From a virus (Duplodnaviria; Caudoviricetes): 25,519 nucleotides of DNA. Of this stretch, positions 15,925 to 24,710 are shown in pieces. The notes below the pieces were generated by a model. It searched no databases and was not told the origin of the DNA. It saw only the letters and a list, made by a program, of their open reading frames with translations. The DNA lies in IMG/VR virus record IMGVR_UViG_3300020045_001608, positions 1 through 25,519 of that record. The stretch is one strand, 5' to 3'. A program made the position numbers and the translations under genes. Within the stretch, counting starts at the first letter, position 1. The number at the start of each line of letters is the position of its first letter.

Positions 15925-17910
15925 ATGGAAGATATTAGACAAAATATTGAGCTAAATTATAACACAAATGCCGAAACAACCGCAAAAGAAGTAGAAGTTT
16001 TAGCAAATTCTGTTGATAATGTAACCGATTCTCAGGATAAAAACACCGCTTCAACAAAGAAAAATGAACAATCGATGTCTTCTTTTAAAACTCAATTACG
16101 TCAAGCTAATCAGGAGTTATTAAAAGTATCACAGACTTATGGAGAAACATCACAAGAAGCGGTTAAAGCAGCTAAAAAAGTAGCGGAGTTGAAAGACCAA
16201 ATGACATTCGCAAAGGATTTAGTAGATAAATTCAATCCTGACCAAAAGATGAAAGCGTTAACTGCTGCTACATCATTAGCAGGAACTGCAATGACAGGAG
16301 TAGTTTCGGGGATGGCTTTATTTGGTGACCAATCGGAAGACACTGCTAAAACACTTTTAAAAGTTCAATCTGCTATGGCTTTCGGTCAAGCATTAAGCGG
16401 TTTGTCTGATTTAGGTGACCAATTCCAAGTATTAAAAACAACCGCCATTGATGCGTTTAAAGGAATAAAAACAGCTATTGGAAGTACAGGAATAGGTTTA
16501 TTAGTTATTGCTTTGGGTGCGCTTTATACTTATTGGGATGACATTAAAGAAGCGGTAAGCGGAGTTAGTGCGGAACAAAAAAAGTTAAACGCACTATCAC
16601 AAGAAAATGTAAATGCTGAAAATGAAAAATTAAAAGCGTTAGGAAGTCAAGACAATATTTTAAAACTACAAGGTAAAAGCGAAAGAGAAATATTAGCTAT
16701 TAAAGTTAAACAAACAGATGAAGCAATACAAGCTACTGAAATAAATCAGAAGAACCAAATACAAACTAATAAGTTAGCTGTAGATGGCGCGAGACGTAAT
16801 TACGAAATGCTTAAGTCCTACATTGATTTTGTTTCAACACCTTTAAGGTTTCTATATAAAACAGGAGCAGAGTCTATTAATGGAATTATTGATTTATTAA
16901 ATAAGATACCCGGAGTTAAAATAAAAGGAAGACTTGACGAAGCATTAGGAGATAAAGCAAGTGACTACTTAACTAAATTAGGTTTTGACCCTGAGAAAAC
17001 CAAAAGCGATGGCGACAAAGTAGTTAAAGAAAGTCAAGATGCATTAAACAAATTAAAAAACGACAGAGCTGGTTATTTATTAAGCGTTAGAGAAATAAAT
17101 AAAAAAGAAGCAGAGGACAGAAAGAAAGCCGAAGAAGACGAAACTAAACGACAAAAAGAGGAGTTAGAAAAAAGACAAAAAGCAAATGAGGATTATTGGA
17201 ATAAATATTTAGAAATTGCAACTAATAAAAGCAAAGAGAAAATTGATAATCAAAAAGCGTTCGATGCTTTAGATGCTGAAAATACTGCTTTTGTAAATGA
17301 AAAAAATCTAACTGATTTAAAAGAAAAAAACGATAAAGAGTTAGAAATTGAAAAAGCGAAAACAGAGCAAAAAAAATCTATACAAGATGCTGAAATAAAT
17401 TTAGCTGAAAGTGCAATCGGATTTTTAAGTGCGATAGCTGGTAAAAATAAAGTATTACAAAAAGCTGGTATTATAGCCGAAAGTGCTTTAGCAATTGGAA
17501 AATCATTTATACAAACATCAGCAGCGAATGTAGCGGCTACCGCACAAGGTGCAGCGTTAGCAATTCCAACATCAGGCGCATCAGTAACGGCAGCAGCTGG
17601 TTTGGTAACTATGAATAACGTTAGTTTAGGTTTAGGTGTAGCTTCAAATATTGCAGCAACCGCAAAAGCATTAAGTGCATTAGGTGGTGGTGGTGCTCCA
17701 AGTGGTGGAGGAACTACAACAACAGGAGGTGGAACAAGTGCAAGTCCTCAAATGTCTTTTCAAACAAGTAAAGAAAATCAAATAGCTACAAGTTTAGGAA
17801 GTAAAATAAATGAACAACCACCGATAAAAGCATACGTTACAATGGGCGAAGTTTCGACAGGTTTATTGCTACATAATAAAGCAGTTTCAGAAAATTCAAT
17901 CGGAGGATAA
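15925..17910 (+). CDS. tail tape measure protein
   Basis: Alpha-helical, Ala/Gly/Lys-rich; LLKVQSAMA and STGIGLLVIALG hydrophobic motifs, long coiled coil, Gly-rich C-terminus ending ..PIKAYVT..EV. Confidence 0.8.
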   Translation: MEDIRQNIELNYNTNAETTAKEVEVLANSVDNVTDSQDKNTASTKKNEQSMSSFKTQLRQANQELLKVSQTYGETSQEAVKAAKKVAELKDQMTFAKDLVDKFNPDQKMKALTAATSLAGTAMTGVVSGMALFGDQSEDTAKTLLKVQSAMAFGQALSGLSDLGDQFQVLKTTAIDAFKGIKTAIGSTGIGLLVIALGALYTYWDDIKEAVSGVSAEQKKLNALSQENVNAENEKLKALGSQDNILKLQGKSEREILAIKVKQTDEAIQATEINQKNQIQTNKLAVDGARRNYEMLKSYIDFVSTPLRFLYKTGAESINGIIDLLNKIPGVKIKGRLDEALGDKASDYLTKLGFDPEKTKSDGDKVVKESQDALNKLKNDRAGYLLSVREINKKEAEDRKKAEEDETKRQKEELEKRQKANEDYWNKYLEIATNKSKEKIDNQKAFDALDAENTAFVNEKNLTDLKEKNDKELEIEKAKTEQKKSIQDAEINLAESAIGFLSAIAGKNKVLQKAGIIAESALAIGKSFIQTSAANVAATAQGAALAIPTSGASVTAAAGLVTMNNVSLGLGVASNIAATAKALSALGGGGAPSGGGTTTTGGGTSASPQMSFQTSKENQIATSLGSKINEQPPIKAYVTMGEVSTGLLLHNKAVSENSIGG

Positions 17911-17923
17911 AAAAAATATAAAT

Positions 17924-17966
17924 TTATTTAGATTAATTAAAAATAAGTAATATATTTGTAGAATTA
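17924..17966 (+). promoter_or_regulatory. head-operon promoter (-7 TATATTTG) overlapped by a Fur-box-like palindrome
   Basis: TATATTTG 17951-17958; TTATTTAGATTAATTAAAAATAA 17924-17946 covers the expected -33 position. Confidence 0.6.
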
Positions 17967-17967
17967 A

Positions 17968-17987
17968 ATAGTGTGAAGACGCACTAT
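17968..17987 (+). promoter_or_regulatory. hairpin with GAAGAC hexaloop
   Basis: ATAGTGT-GAAGAC-GCACTAT, 7-bp stem closed by a U-G pair, at the 5' end of the predicted transcript. Confidence 0.65.
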
Positions 17988-18029
17988 ACTAATCAGAAAA
18001 TGAACGTGAAAACAACACAAGTACAAATC

Positions 18030-18066
18030 AAATCCTTTATCGATTAATTTCGGTTAAGGATTTTTT
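18030..18066 (+). terminator. intrinsic terminator/attenuator-like hairpin in the head-operon leader
   Basis: AAATCCTT.ATCGA-ttaatt-TCGGT.AAGGATTT with T-run 18061-18066, 12 nt before ATG 18079. Confidence 0.6.
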
Positions 18067-18078
18067 ACGTTAAAAAAA

Positions 18079-19011
18079 ATGAAAACATATAAAATAACAT
18101 TTAAAGGAGGTCACAAAGTTAGCTTGGTAAAAGACCCAGCTATTGAGGAAACACTTTTAAAATTCAATGCAGAGCAAGAAGAAAAACTATACTTTGCTAA
18201 TGATGAAAAAAGAGTAGTTTATTCTGTGGCTATGATTCCAAATAAGTTAATATTTCGTAAAGATATTAATGGAGAACCAGCGCAAGTGTTTTATGATGAT
18301 GAAGCTATTTTTGATTTTCAAAAACAATATTTAAAAGATAATAGAGGTGTTAATATTAATCACGAACAATTTAATACAGATGGAATTTATCCTTTTGAAA
18401 ATTGGATAGTAGCTAATAGTAAAAACGATAAATCAAATGAATTAGGATTAAACGCTCCAACAGGAAGTTTAGTTGTTGCATTTAATATTGAAAATGATAA
18501 TACTTGGAATGATGTTAAAGAGGGTAAACTCGATGGTTTAAGTATTGAGGGTTTTACACGAATTGAAGAAGTAACCACAAACACAATTAATATGAATACA
18601 GAAAAAAACCCGCAAACTTTGTGGGACACGCTTAAGGCGTTTTTTGCAGTTGAAACACCGACTGAAAAAACACCCGAAGAAATTGCAGCGGAAGCAACTA
18701 AGGAGGCAGAAGATAATCCTACCGAAACTGCTGAGCAAACTTTGCAAAAACAAGTTGATGAGTTGACTGCAGAAAACGAAAGTTTAAAAGCTGAAATAGC
18801 AAACTTAAAAGCAGAGCAAGTGAAAGCTGAAACTGAAATGGTTTCAATGAAATCAGAAAAAATGGCAATGACTACTGAAATTGAAAAATTAAAAGGAGAA
18901 ATTGTTGAAGTAAAAATGGTTAAAAATGTTCCTCAAAATGAAAATTTAGATAACATTCCATACGAAAAAATGACTAACAAACAAAAAGTAAAATTTAACC
19001 GAGAAAACTAA
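18079..19011 (+). CDS. prohead protease (XkdF-like serine protease) fused to a coiled-coil scaffold
   Basis: VSLVKDPAIE, AMIPNKLIFR, NINH, WNDVKEGKLDGLSIEG (catalytic Ser motif); acidic coiled-coil C-terminal half; directly upstream of the capsid gene. Confidence 0.85.
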   Translation: MKTYKITFKGGHKVSLVKDPAIEETLLKFNAEQEEKLYFANDEKRVVYSVAMIPNKLIFRKDINGEPAQVFYDDEAIFDFQKQYLKDNRGVNINHEQFNTDGIYPFENWIVANSKNDKSNELGLNAPTGSLVVAFNIENDNTWNDVKEGKLDGLSIEGFTRIEEVTTNTINMNTEKNPQTLWDTLKAFFAVETPTEKTPEEIAAEATKEAEDNPTETAEQTLQKQVDELTAENESLKAEIANLKAEQVKAETEMVSMKSEKMAMTTEIEKLKGEIVEVKMVKNVPQNENLDNIPYEKMTNKQKVKFNREN

Positions 19012-19017
19012 CAAACT

Positions 19018-20049
19018 ATGGCATTAACATTTACAGGCACTAAGACTGCACAATCAGAATATCCTGAGATAATTCAAGAGGTATATGCTGACTCTCCTAC
19101 ATTTAGAGGAGAAACAATTGAAATCGTAGAGGGGCATAAGTCAGGAATGGATATTTACGAAAGCTCAGCTTCGGTAACATTCTCAGCTGCTAACTATGGC
19201 TCAGTAACTACTGATAACGTTGATTTACAAACACAAAAATCAACAGTTAATTTAAAAACATTTAACGTTGAGGGTATTATAGACGAAAGCTCTTTACTAA
19301 ACACTCGTTTTGAGAAATCAATGAAAGCTGGTGCTTATGAAGTTGTTTCAGATGAGTTCGATAAACGTGTATTAATCCAAGTACAACCAGCAACAAGTGC
19401 AAAACTTGAGGCTAATGTATGGAATGGAGCAACAGCAGCAACTAAAACTGCAATTGCAGCGTTAACACCAGGAGCTGGTCAAGGAAGTATTACAGCAGCA
19501 GCACAAACGAAAGTAGCTGCAATGCCTACAACTTTATTCGACTCGATTCCAGCAACAATGTTGTATAATGATTCTCAATCAAAAGCAACACCCGGAGCTG
19601 GTTTAGGAGATTATATTAAAGTAACAGGAACATCAATCTCAACTTCCAATATCGTAGCCGAGTATGTGAAAATTTACAACGCAATCCCGAATGATATTTT
19701 AGTTCAAACAGGAGATAATGCGCCAGTAATTTTCGCACCAAAAGCACACTATAAATTAATAAAATCGGTTAATAGAGTTCAAGGTGCAGCGTTACAAGAA
19801 AACTTTGTTGGTAACTCTTTTAACGATATGTATTTTAACGATGTTAAAATTATATTTGTTGATTTAGTTGATTTTGTAATTGCAGCACAAAAATATAACT
19901 TGAAATTAGTTATGGACTTGTTATCTGATAGCTCTCAATTGATTATCGAGAAAGAAGCTAACGCATCAACACGTAGAATTTTGAAAATTATCAACACAAT
20001 GAATACTTGGGTTGTTAAACAAAAATGGAACGTTCTTTACAACGGATAA
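19018..20049 (+). CDS. major capsid protein
   Basis: 343 aa, follows the protease/scaffold, followed by a terminator; codon usage suggests high expression. Called mainly by size and synteny. Confidence 0.8.
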   Translation: MALTFTGTKTAQSEYPEIIQEVYADSPTFRGETIEIVEGHKSGMDIYESSASVTFSAANYGSVTTDNVDLQTQKSTVNLKTFNVEGIIDESSLLNTRFEKSMKAGAYEVVSDEFDKRVLIQVQPATSAKLEANVWNGATAATKTAIAALTPGAGQGSITAAAQTKVAAMPTTLFDSIPATMLYNDSQSKATPGAGLGDYIKVTGTSISTSNIVAEYVKIYNAIPNDILVQTGDNAPVIFAPKAHYKLIKSVNRVQGAALQENFVGNSFNDMYFNDVKIIFVDLVDFVIAAQKYNLKLVMDLLSDSSQLIIEKEANASTRRILKIINTMNTWVVKQKWNVLYNG

Positions 20050-20058
20050 AATATTAAC

Positions 20059-20082
20059 AAGGGCGTGAAATACCGCCCTTTT
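20059..20082 (+). terminator. rho-independent terminator
   Basis: AAGGGCG-tgaaatac-CGCCCTT followed by TT, after the capsid stop. Confidence 0.75.
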
Positions 20083-20096
20083 AAAACTTAAAATAT

Positions 20097-20657
20097 ATGT
20101 CAATTACTTGTAAAACACTTACAAAAAGTTTAAAGAAACCTTGCGTTAAATCAATCGCTGGTGTCCGTGCTATTTCATTTGGTTTATACGACCCTATGGA
20201 TAGAATTGCAACTACTTCCGCTGGTGTTGTTGATGTCGCTACTGTTTATGGAGCTGGAACACTTTCAAGGTTTGAAGTTAAAAGCACTACTTCTAAATAT
20301 ACAGAAACAAGAACAACAGGAGAAGACACAAACTCAACTAACGTAAAAGGAACATTCCCTTTGATGTTAGCTATTCCACCCGATGTAACTACTCGTTTAG
20401 ATATTGCCAAAATTGAGCAAACATTAGCAGAACGTCAATGGACTTTGTTTATTGAATACAAAGATGGTTCGATTGTTTGCGCTGGTTCTCAAAATGGTGC
20501 AGATGTATTGACTTCTGATAGTGATTCAGGAGCAACTGGGACAGATAGAAACGGATTTATGGTTAATATCACAACAGATGAGCATGACTATTCAAGTTTG
20601 TATGTTCTTTCAGGCGATGCTTTAGTAGATTACGCTGCTGCAATTATGACTTATTAA
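20097..20657 (+). CDS. major tail tube protein
   Basis: 186 aa; C..LTKS.KKPC..SIAGVRAI N-terminus and G..NG...SG....DRNGF C-terminal motifs typical of Bacteroidota siphophage tail tubes; followed by a terminator. Confidence 0.7.
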   Translation: MSITCKTLTKSLKKPCVKSIAGVRAISFGLYDPMDRIATTSAGVVDVATVYGAGTLSRFEVKSTTSKYTETRTTGEDTNSTNVKGTFPLMLAIPPDVTTRLDIAKIEQTLAERQWTLFIEYKDGSIVCAGSQNGADVLTSDSDSGATGTDRNGFMVNITTDEHDYSSLYVLSGDALVDYAAAIMTY

Positions 20658-20682
20658 TCATAATGGATTAAATTAAACATAG

Positions 20683-20710
20683 AAAAGGCGGGATAAACTC
20701 GCCTTTTTTT
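20683..20710 (+). terminator. rho-independent terminator
   Basis: AAAAGGCGGG-ataaa-CTCGCCTTTT followed by TTT. Confidence 0.85.
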
Positions 20711-20726
20711 ATAAAAAATAAAGAAA

Positions 20727-21053
20727 ATGAAAGTACTTTTTATCGATACTGATTTAAACTTTTCTTTAATTCCACGAAAATATCCAACTATTAACGATAC
20801 ATTATCGGTAACTTTAAGAAATGAGGATTCTGATTTAAAAATAGTACCTAATTTTTCCTTTTCAGTAAACGAAAAATTAAATATTACTTTAGAAAATAAT
20901 GCAGATTTCAAAGTTTCAAATAAATATGAAGTCGAAATAAAAAACGATGGAGATATTATTTATTTAGGAAAACTTTTATTTTTAGAAGAAAATACCGACG
21001 TACAAAATTACACTTATGGAAGTCAATCAAACTCAAAATTCCAATATGAATAG
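20727..21053 (+). CDS. hypothetical virion protein (possible head closure/neck protein)
   Basis: 108 aa beta-rich ORF with IIYLGKL motif, between tail tube and portal. Confidence 0.6.
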   Translation: MKVLFIDTDLNFSLIPRKYPTINDTLSVTLRNEDSDLKIVPNFSFSVNEKLNITLENNADFKVSNKYEVEIKNDGDIIYLGKLLFLEENTDVQNYTYGSQSNSKFQYE

Positions 21054-22362
21054 TTCGCCTCAAGTGTTTGAAAGCACTATGAAGTTTAGTAAGTTCGAGC
21101 CTATTGATATTAAACCAGTAATGGGGCGTAAATGGATTACTAACGGAGTTAATAACAAGAACTATAAAAGCTATCAGGATGCTTACGATGACAGCCCAAC
21201 CAACGCCTCGATTATCAATGCAATGGTTAACTTTATTTATGGCGAGGGACTAATAGACAAAGGCGGTTTAAATGTTTCTCAATACTTAAGCAAAGAAGAT
21301 GCTAAATTGATATGCAAAGACCATAAACTATTCGGGGGTTATTCAATTCAAATTATTTGGCACGAAAAGAAAATATTAAAAATAGAATATTTGCCAGTTT
21401 ACAAACTTGGCATAAATGTAACCGATAATTTAAAAGTTGATGGTTATTGGTATAGTTGGGATTGGACTAATTACGGACGTTATAAAAGAGAGTTTATTCC
21501 AATTTTTACAGGAGTTTATAAAGAGGGTCAAGACGTAGAAGCGTTGCTTATTCGTAATCCAACAAGTGAGCCTTTTTTTCCTATACCTGACTATTTCAGT
21601 TGTATTCGCTGGTGCAAAGTAGAGGGAGAACTTTCAAACGCTGGTATTAAACACTTCTACAACTCAATGAGTGCTATGACTATTATTAATTATAATAATG
21701 GTAGAATTACAGATGAGGAAGTGGCAAAAAAACAAGCTGAAAAAGTACGTGAAAAAGCAGTAGGAACTGAAAATCAAAGTGCAGTTTTAGTAAGTTTTAA
21801 TGAGGGTGCAGAAGAAAGTTTAGTAGTTGACCAATTACACCCTCCTGAATTAAACCAACAAAATGTATTTTATAGCGAAGAAGCCGAAAGAAAAATTATA
21901 GTTGGTCATAGCGCACCGCCTATATTATTTGCTGGTAGCGGAAATAGTAATGGATTCTCAAACAATGCGGATGAAATAGCAATATCTACTAAACAATTAT
22001 ATAGAAGAAATATTAATCCGATGCGTGAGGTTATTTTAGATGGATTAATGAAAGTATTTAAGGTAATTGATAGTAAATATAATTTAGACTTTAAAAATTT
22101 TGAAGAGGAAAATATAGAAAATAATGGAGTTATTAATTTACCAACTACAGAAGTAGTAAGTTTAGACAATAAAACACTTGAAGCACAAGCGCAATTGAAA
22201 GGAAGTGTCGGAGGTGTTCAGTCATTACTTGAAGTACAAGCGTCTTATGTTGCTGGAACTACAAGTTACGAAAGTGCAATAGCTATTTTAGATTTAATCT
22301 TTGGATTTAATAGAACGGAAGCGGTAAGATTATTAGGAAATCCACAAAACGAAGCGATATGA
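21016..22362 (+). CDS. portal protein (start may be 21046)
   Basis: W..NG.NN.....Y.DSPTNASIIN....FIYGEGL, PIPDY, I..GH..PPILF...GFSNNADEI motifs of Bacteroidota phage portals; size about 440 aa. Confidence 0.85.
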   Translation: MEVNQTQNSNMNSSPQVFESTMKFSKFEPIDIKPVMGRKWITNGVNNKNYKSYQDAYDDSPTNASIINAMVNFIYGEGLIDKGGLNVSQYLSKEDAKLICKDHKLFGGYSIQIIWHEKKILKIEYLPVYKLGINVTDNLKVDGYWYSWDWTNYGRYKREFIPIFTGVYKEGQDVEALLIRNPTSEPFFPIPDYFSCIRWCKVEGELSNAGIKHFYNSMSAMTIINYNNGRITDEEVAKKQAEKVREKAVGTENQSAVLVSFNEGAEESLVVDQLHPPELNQQNVFYSEEAERKIIVGHSAPPILFAGSGNSNGFSNNADEIAISTKQLYRRNINPMREVILDGLMKVFKVIDSKYNLDFKNFEEENIENNGVINLPTTEVVSLDNKTLEAQAQLKGSVGGVQSLLEVQASYVAGTTSYESAIAILDLIFGFNRTEAVRLLGNPQNEAI

Positions 22363-22832
22363 TAACACTATTAGTAAAAGCAAACGATGTTGTACAATTA
22401 ACAGGCATAGGTGGGAATGTTGATACAGACCAATTAAATCCATCGATTAATATTGCGCAATCAACACATATAAAAAGGATTTTAGGATTAGATTTATATA
22501 ATAAAATACTAACCGACTATAAGAATGACGACTTAATTGGTAATTATTTGACAATTTACAATGATTATATTTCTTTTATGCTTTCTTTTTTTTCTGTTTC
22601 AATTTACTTATCTTTGAACAACGCAAAAATTAGTAATGCTGGTACGTTTAAAATGAATATTGAAAACGGAACACAACCAACACCGAGCGAAATAAATACT
22701 TTAGGTAAAAATCACGAGAGTATAGCAATAAGTTATGAAACTAATTTTTATGAGTTTATGAAAACAATTGATATTCCTGAGTATAACAAATCGGAAGTAA
22801 AAGAAACAACTAACTTAATCCCTTGGTATTAA
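22359..22832 (+). CDS. putative head-tail adaptor
   Basis: T.IGGNVDTDQL.P.I.IAQ..HI..ILG.DLYNKI motif (DUF6712-like); directly after portal. Confidence 0.65.
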   Translation: MITLLVKANDVVQLTGIGGNVDTDQLNPSINIAQSTHIKRILGLDLYNKILTDYKNDDLIGNYLTIYNDYISFMLSFFSVSIYLSLNNAKISNAGTFKMNIENGTQPTPSEINTLGKNHESIAISYETNFYEFMKTIDIPEYNKSEVKETTNLIPWY

Positions 22833-22833
22833 T

Positions 22834-24708
22834 ATGGCACAAGTAATACATAATATTTCAAGTCCTAACGATGGATTAGGGGATGAGTTAAGAGTTGCTT
22901 TTGACCATCAAAACGAAATGAATACCGAACTTTACGATACGAAAGTTGATAAAGAAACTGGCAAAGAATTAAGTTCAAATGATTTTACTGATGCGCTTAA
23001 AACAAAACTTTTAGGTATTGAAGATAGTGCTGAGGTTAACGTTCAACCCGATTGGTCGCAAAGTGATAATACAGCAGACGATTATATTAAAAATAAACCA
23101 GTATTAAACAATTATGTTAATACAATTGGATTCTTTGATTACAATAATGATGATACTACACCGCTTACATTAGTAGCCGATACCGAAAAGAAACTCGAAA
23201 ACGATACAATAGGTGCTTACACTAATATTGACCATCCTACACACGGAGTTACAAGACTGTTTGACCCTACTACAAATAATATTGTTTTAGATGAGTTAGG
23301 CGTTGGTGATTTAGTAAAATTACGTGTTGATATTAATGTAACAACCGCAACCGCAAACCAAGTATTCAAATGTATTTTACGTTTAGGAATTGGAACAGCT
23401 CAGGAGTTTGAAATAATAATTCACGAAGAACAAATAAAAAGTACAGGACCGCACCAAAGAGCTATATTTACAGGTTTTTACGTTGGGAGCGAAGAAGTAC
23501 GTTTAGCACTTGGGGAGTTAGTTTTAGTTTCTGACCACGCTGGTAGTGTAGTTGTAAATGGTTTCTTATTTGAAGCAATTAAACGAAATGTAAACTTTGT
23601 CGAATTAAGCGGTGGCGGAGGCGGAACAACTCCAACACTTAACGAAGTTATTTTACAAGGTGATGAAATTTTAAACACTGCTGGTAATTTAAAAATAGTT
23701 TTAGATAAAGAGGATAACGGAATGTTTCTTTATGAACTTGTTTCAAGTGTTTGGGAAGAAAGAGGATATTATAATTCACAAGGTTTTACTTTAGGCGGTT
23801 TCGGTGGTAATCCTACTTTTGATTTGAATATTTATACTGGAACATTAACTATTTATCAAGGTGCAGACACTATTCAATTTTCGCCAACTTCAGCTACTAA
23901 AAATGGTGTTGAATTTGCTACTATTGCTGACATCCCAATAACACCTACCGACGTAGGTGCTTTAGCAATAGACGGAAGTAATGCTAATGTTGATGTTGAT
24001 TTAAGTGCTTTCGGTATTAGAGCTGGCGAGGTAGTTACTCAAACTAATGGTACTACAAAGAAAATGACTTTAAAGTCAACTAATGTTAACACCGACCACA
24101 CCGCAGAATGGCAAGATAAAGACTACACCGCTATTGCAGATGTCCAAGATATTACAGATGCTTTAGCTACTTTCAAAACAACAGAGTTTTTAGACGCTAC
24201 AAGTTCTATTCAAGGTCAATTAGATAGTAAACAATCATTACTAACTTACATTCCTTATAAGTTTGTTCAAACGTCACAAACCGCACACACAGGAACAACT
24301 TCAAAAACAATTGTAGCAACCGCTACAATAACGGCAAATAGTTTTAGTGTTTCAGATGTTGCAAAAGCGATTTTTGGAATTAATAAACCAGCGACCACAA
24401 GTGCTTACACCATAAGATTAGATATTAACACCTCTAATACTTTGTCGGGAGCTACAACAATTGCGACTTTTACAGGTTCAGCAACTGCACAAGTAGCCGT
24501 AATGACACGTAAATATTCATTATTCGGTGGCGATTTGTATGGTTACCCTTTTACAACCTCACAACTTTCAGATTCGGCAGCGTTATTAGCTGGAACTTTA
24601 GGAAGTACTGCTTTTGATACTACAAACACAATTTATATGTTTTGGACTATTCAATTAGTCAATTCAGCAGATAGCGTTACACCAAATTTAGCAACCTTAT
24701 CAAATTAA
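22834..24708 (+). CDS. tail fibre / receptor-binding protein
   Basis: N-terminal PNDGLGDELRVAF...NTELY anchor motif, KVDKETGKELSSNDFT...VQPDW...YIKNKP fibre motif, poly-Gly hinge, Thr/Ser-rich beta C-terminus. Confidence 0.8.
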   Translation: MAQVIHNISSPNDGLGDELRVAFDHQNEMNTELYDTKVDKETGKELSSNDFTDALKTKLLGIEDSAEVNVQPDWSQSDNTADDYIKNKPVLNNYVNTIGFFDYNNDDTTPLTLVADTEKKLENDTIGAYTNIDHPTHGVTRLFDPTTNNIVLDELGVGDLVKLRVDINVTTATANQVFKCILRLGIGTAQEFEIIIHEEQIKSTGPHQRAIFTGFYVGSEEVRLALGELVLVSDHAGSVVVNGFLFEAIKRNVNFVELSGGGGGTTPTLNEVILQGDEILNTAGNLKIVLDKEDNGMFLYELVSSVWEERGYYNSQGFTLGGFGGNPTFDLNIYTGTLTIYQGADTIQFSPTSATKNGVEFATIADIPITPTDVGALAIDGSNANVDVDLSAFGIRAGEVVTQTNGTTKKMTLKSTNVNTDHTAEWQDKDYTAIADVQDITDALATFKTTEFLDATSSIQGQLDSKQSLLTYIPYKFVQTSQTAHTGTTSKTIVATATITANSFSVSDVAKAIFGINKPATTSAYTIRLDINTSNTLSGATTIATFTGSATAQVAVMTRKYSLFGGDLYGYPFTTSQLSDSAALLAGTLGSTAFDTTNTIYMFWTIQLVNSADSVTPNLATLSN

Positions 24709-24710
24709 TT

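Noticed and set aside
15918-15938. Third GAAGA-containing hairpin over the tape measure start (CTAATA-AATGGAAGA-TATTAG), and a wobble-rich one near 23014-23031
   Set aside because: The first has an AU-rich stem and a 9-nt loop, the second depends on several G-U pairs inside a CDS; neither matches the 7-bp stem plus hexaloop pattern well.
17682-17735. GGT/GGA/ACA low-complexity repeats
   Set aside because: Simply encode the Gly/Thr linker near the tape measure C-terminus; not a CRISPR or DNA-level repeat.
3089-23678. All minus-strand ORFs in the track (3089, 5282, 7082, 7715, 8643, 10324, 16137, 18387, 18538, 20654, 21906, 23478) and the nested + ORF 20161-20346
   Set aside because: They lie almost wholly within well-supported + strand genes, have no motifs and have shadow-ORF composition; the region is uniformly + strand.
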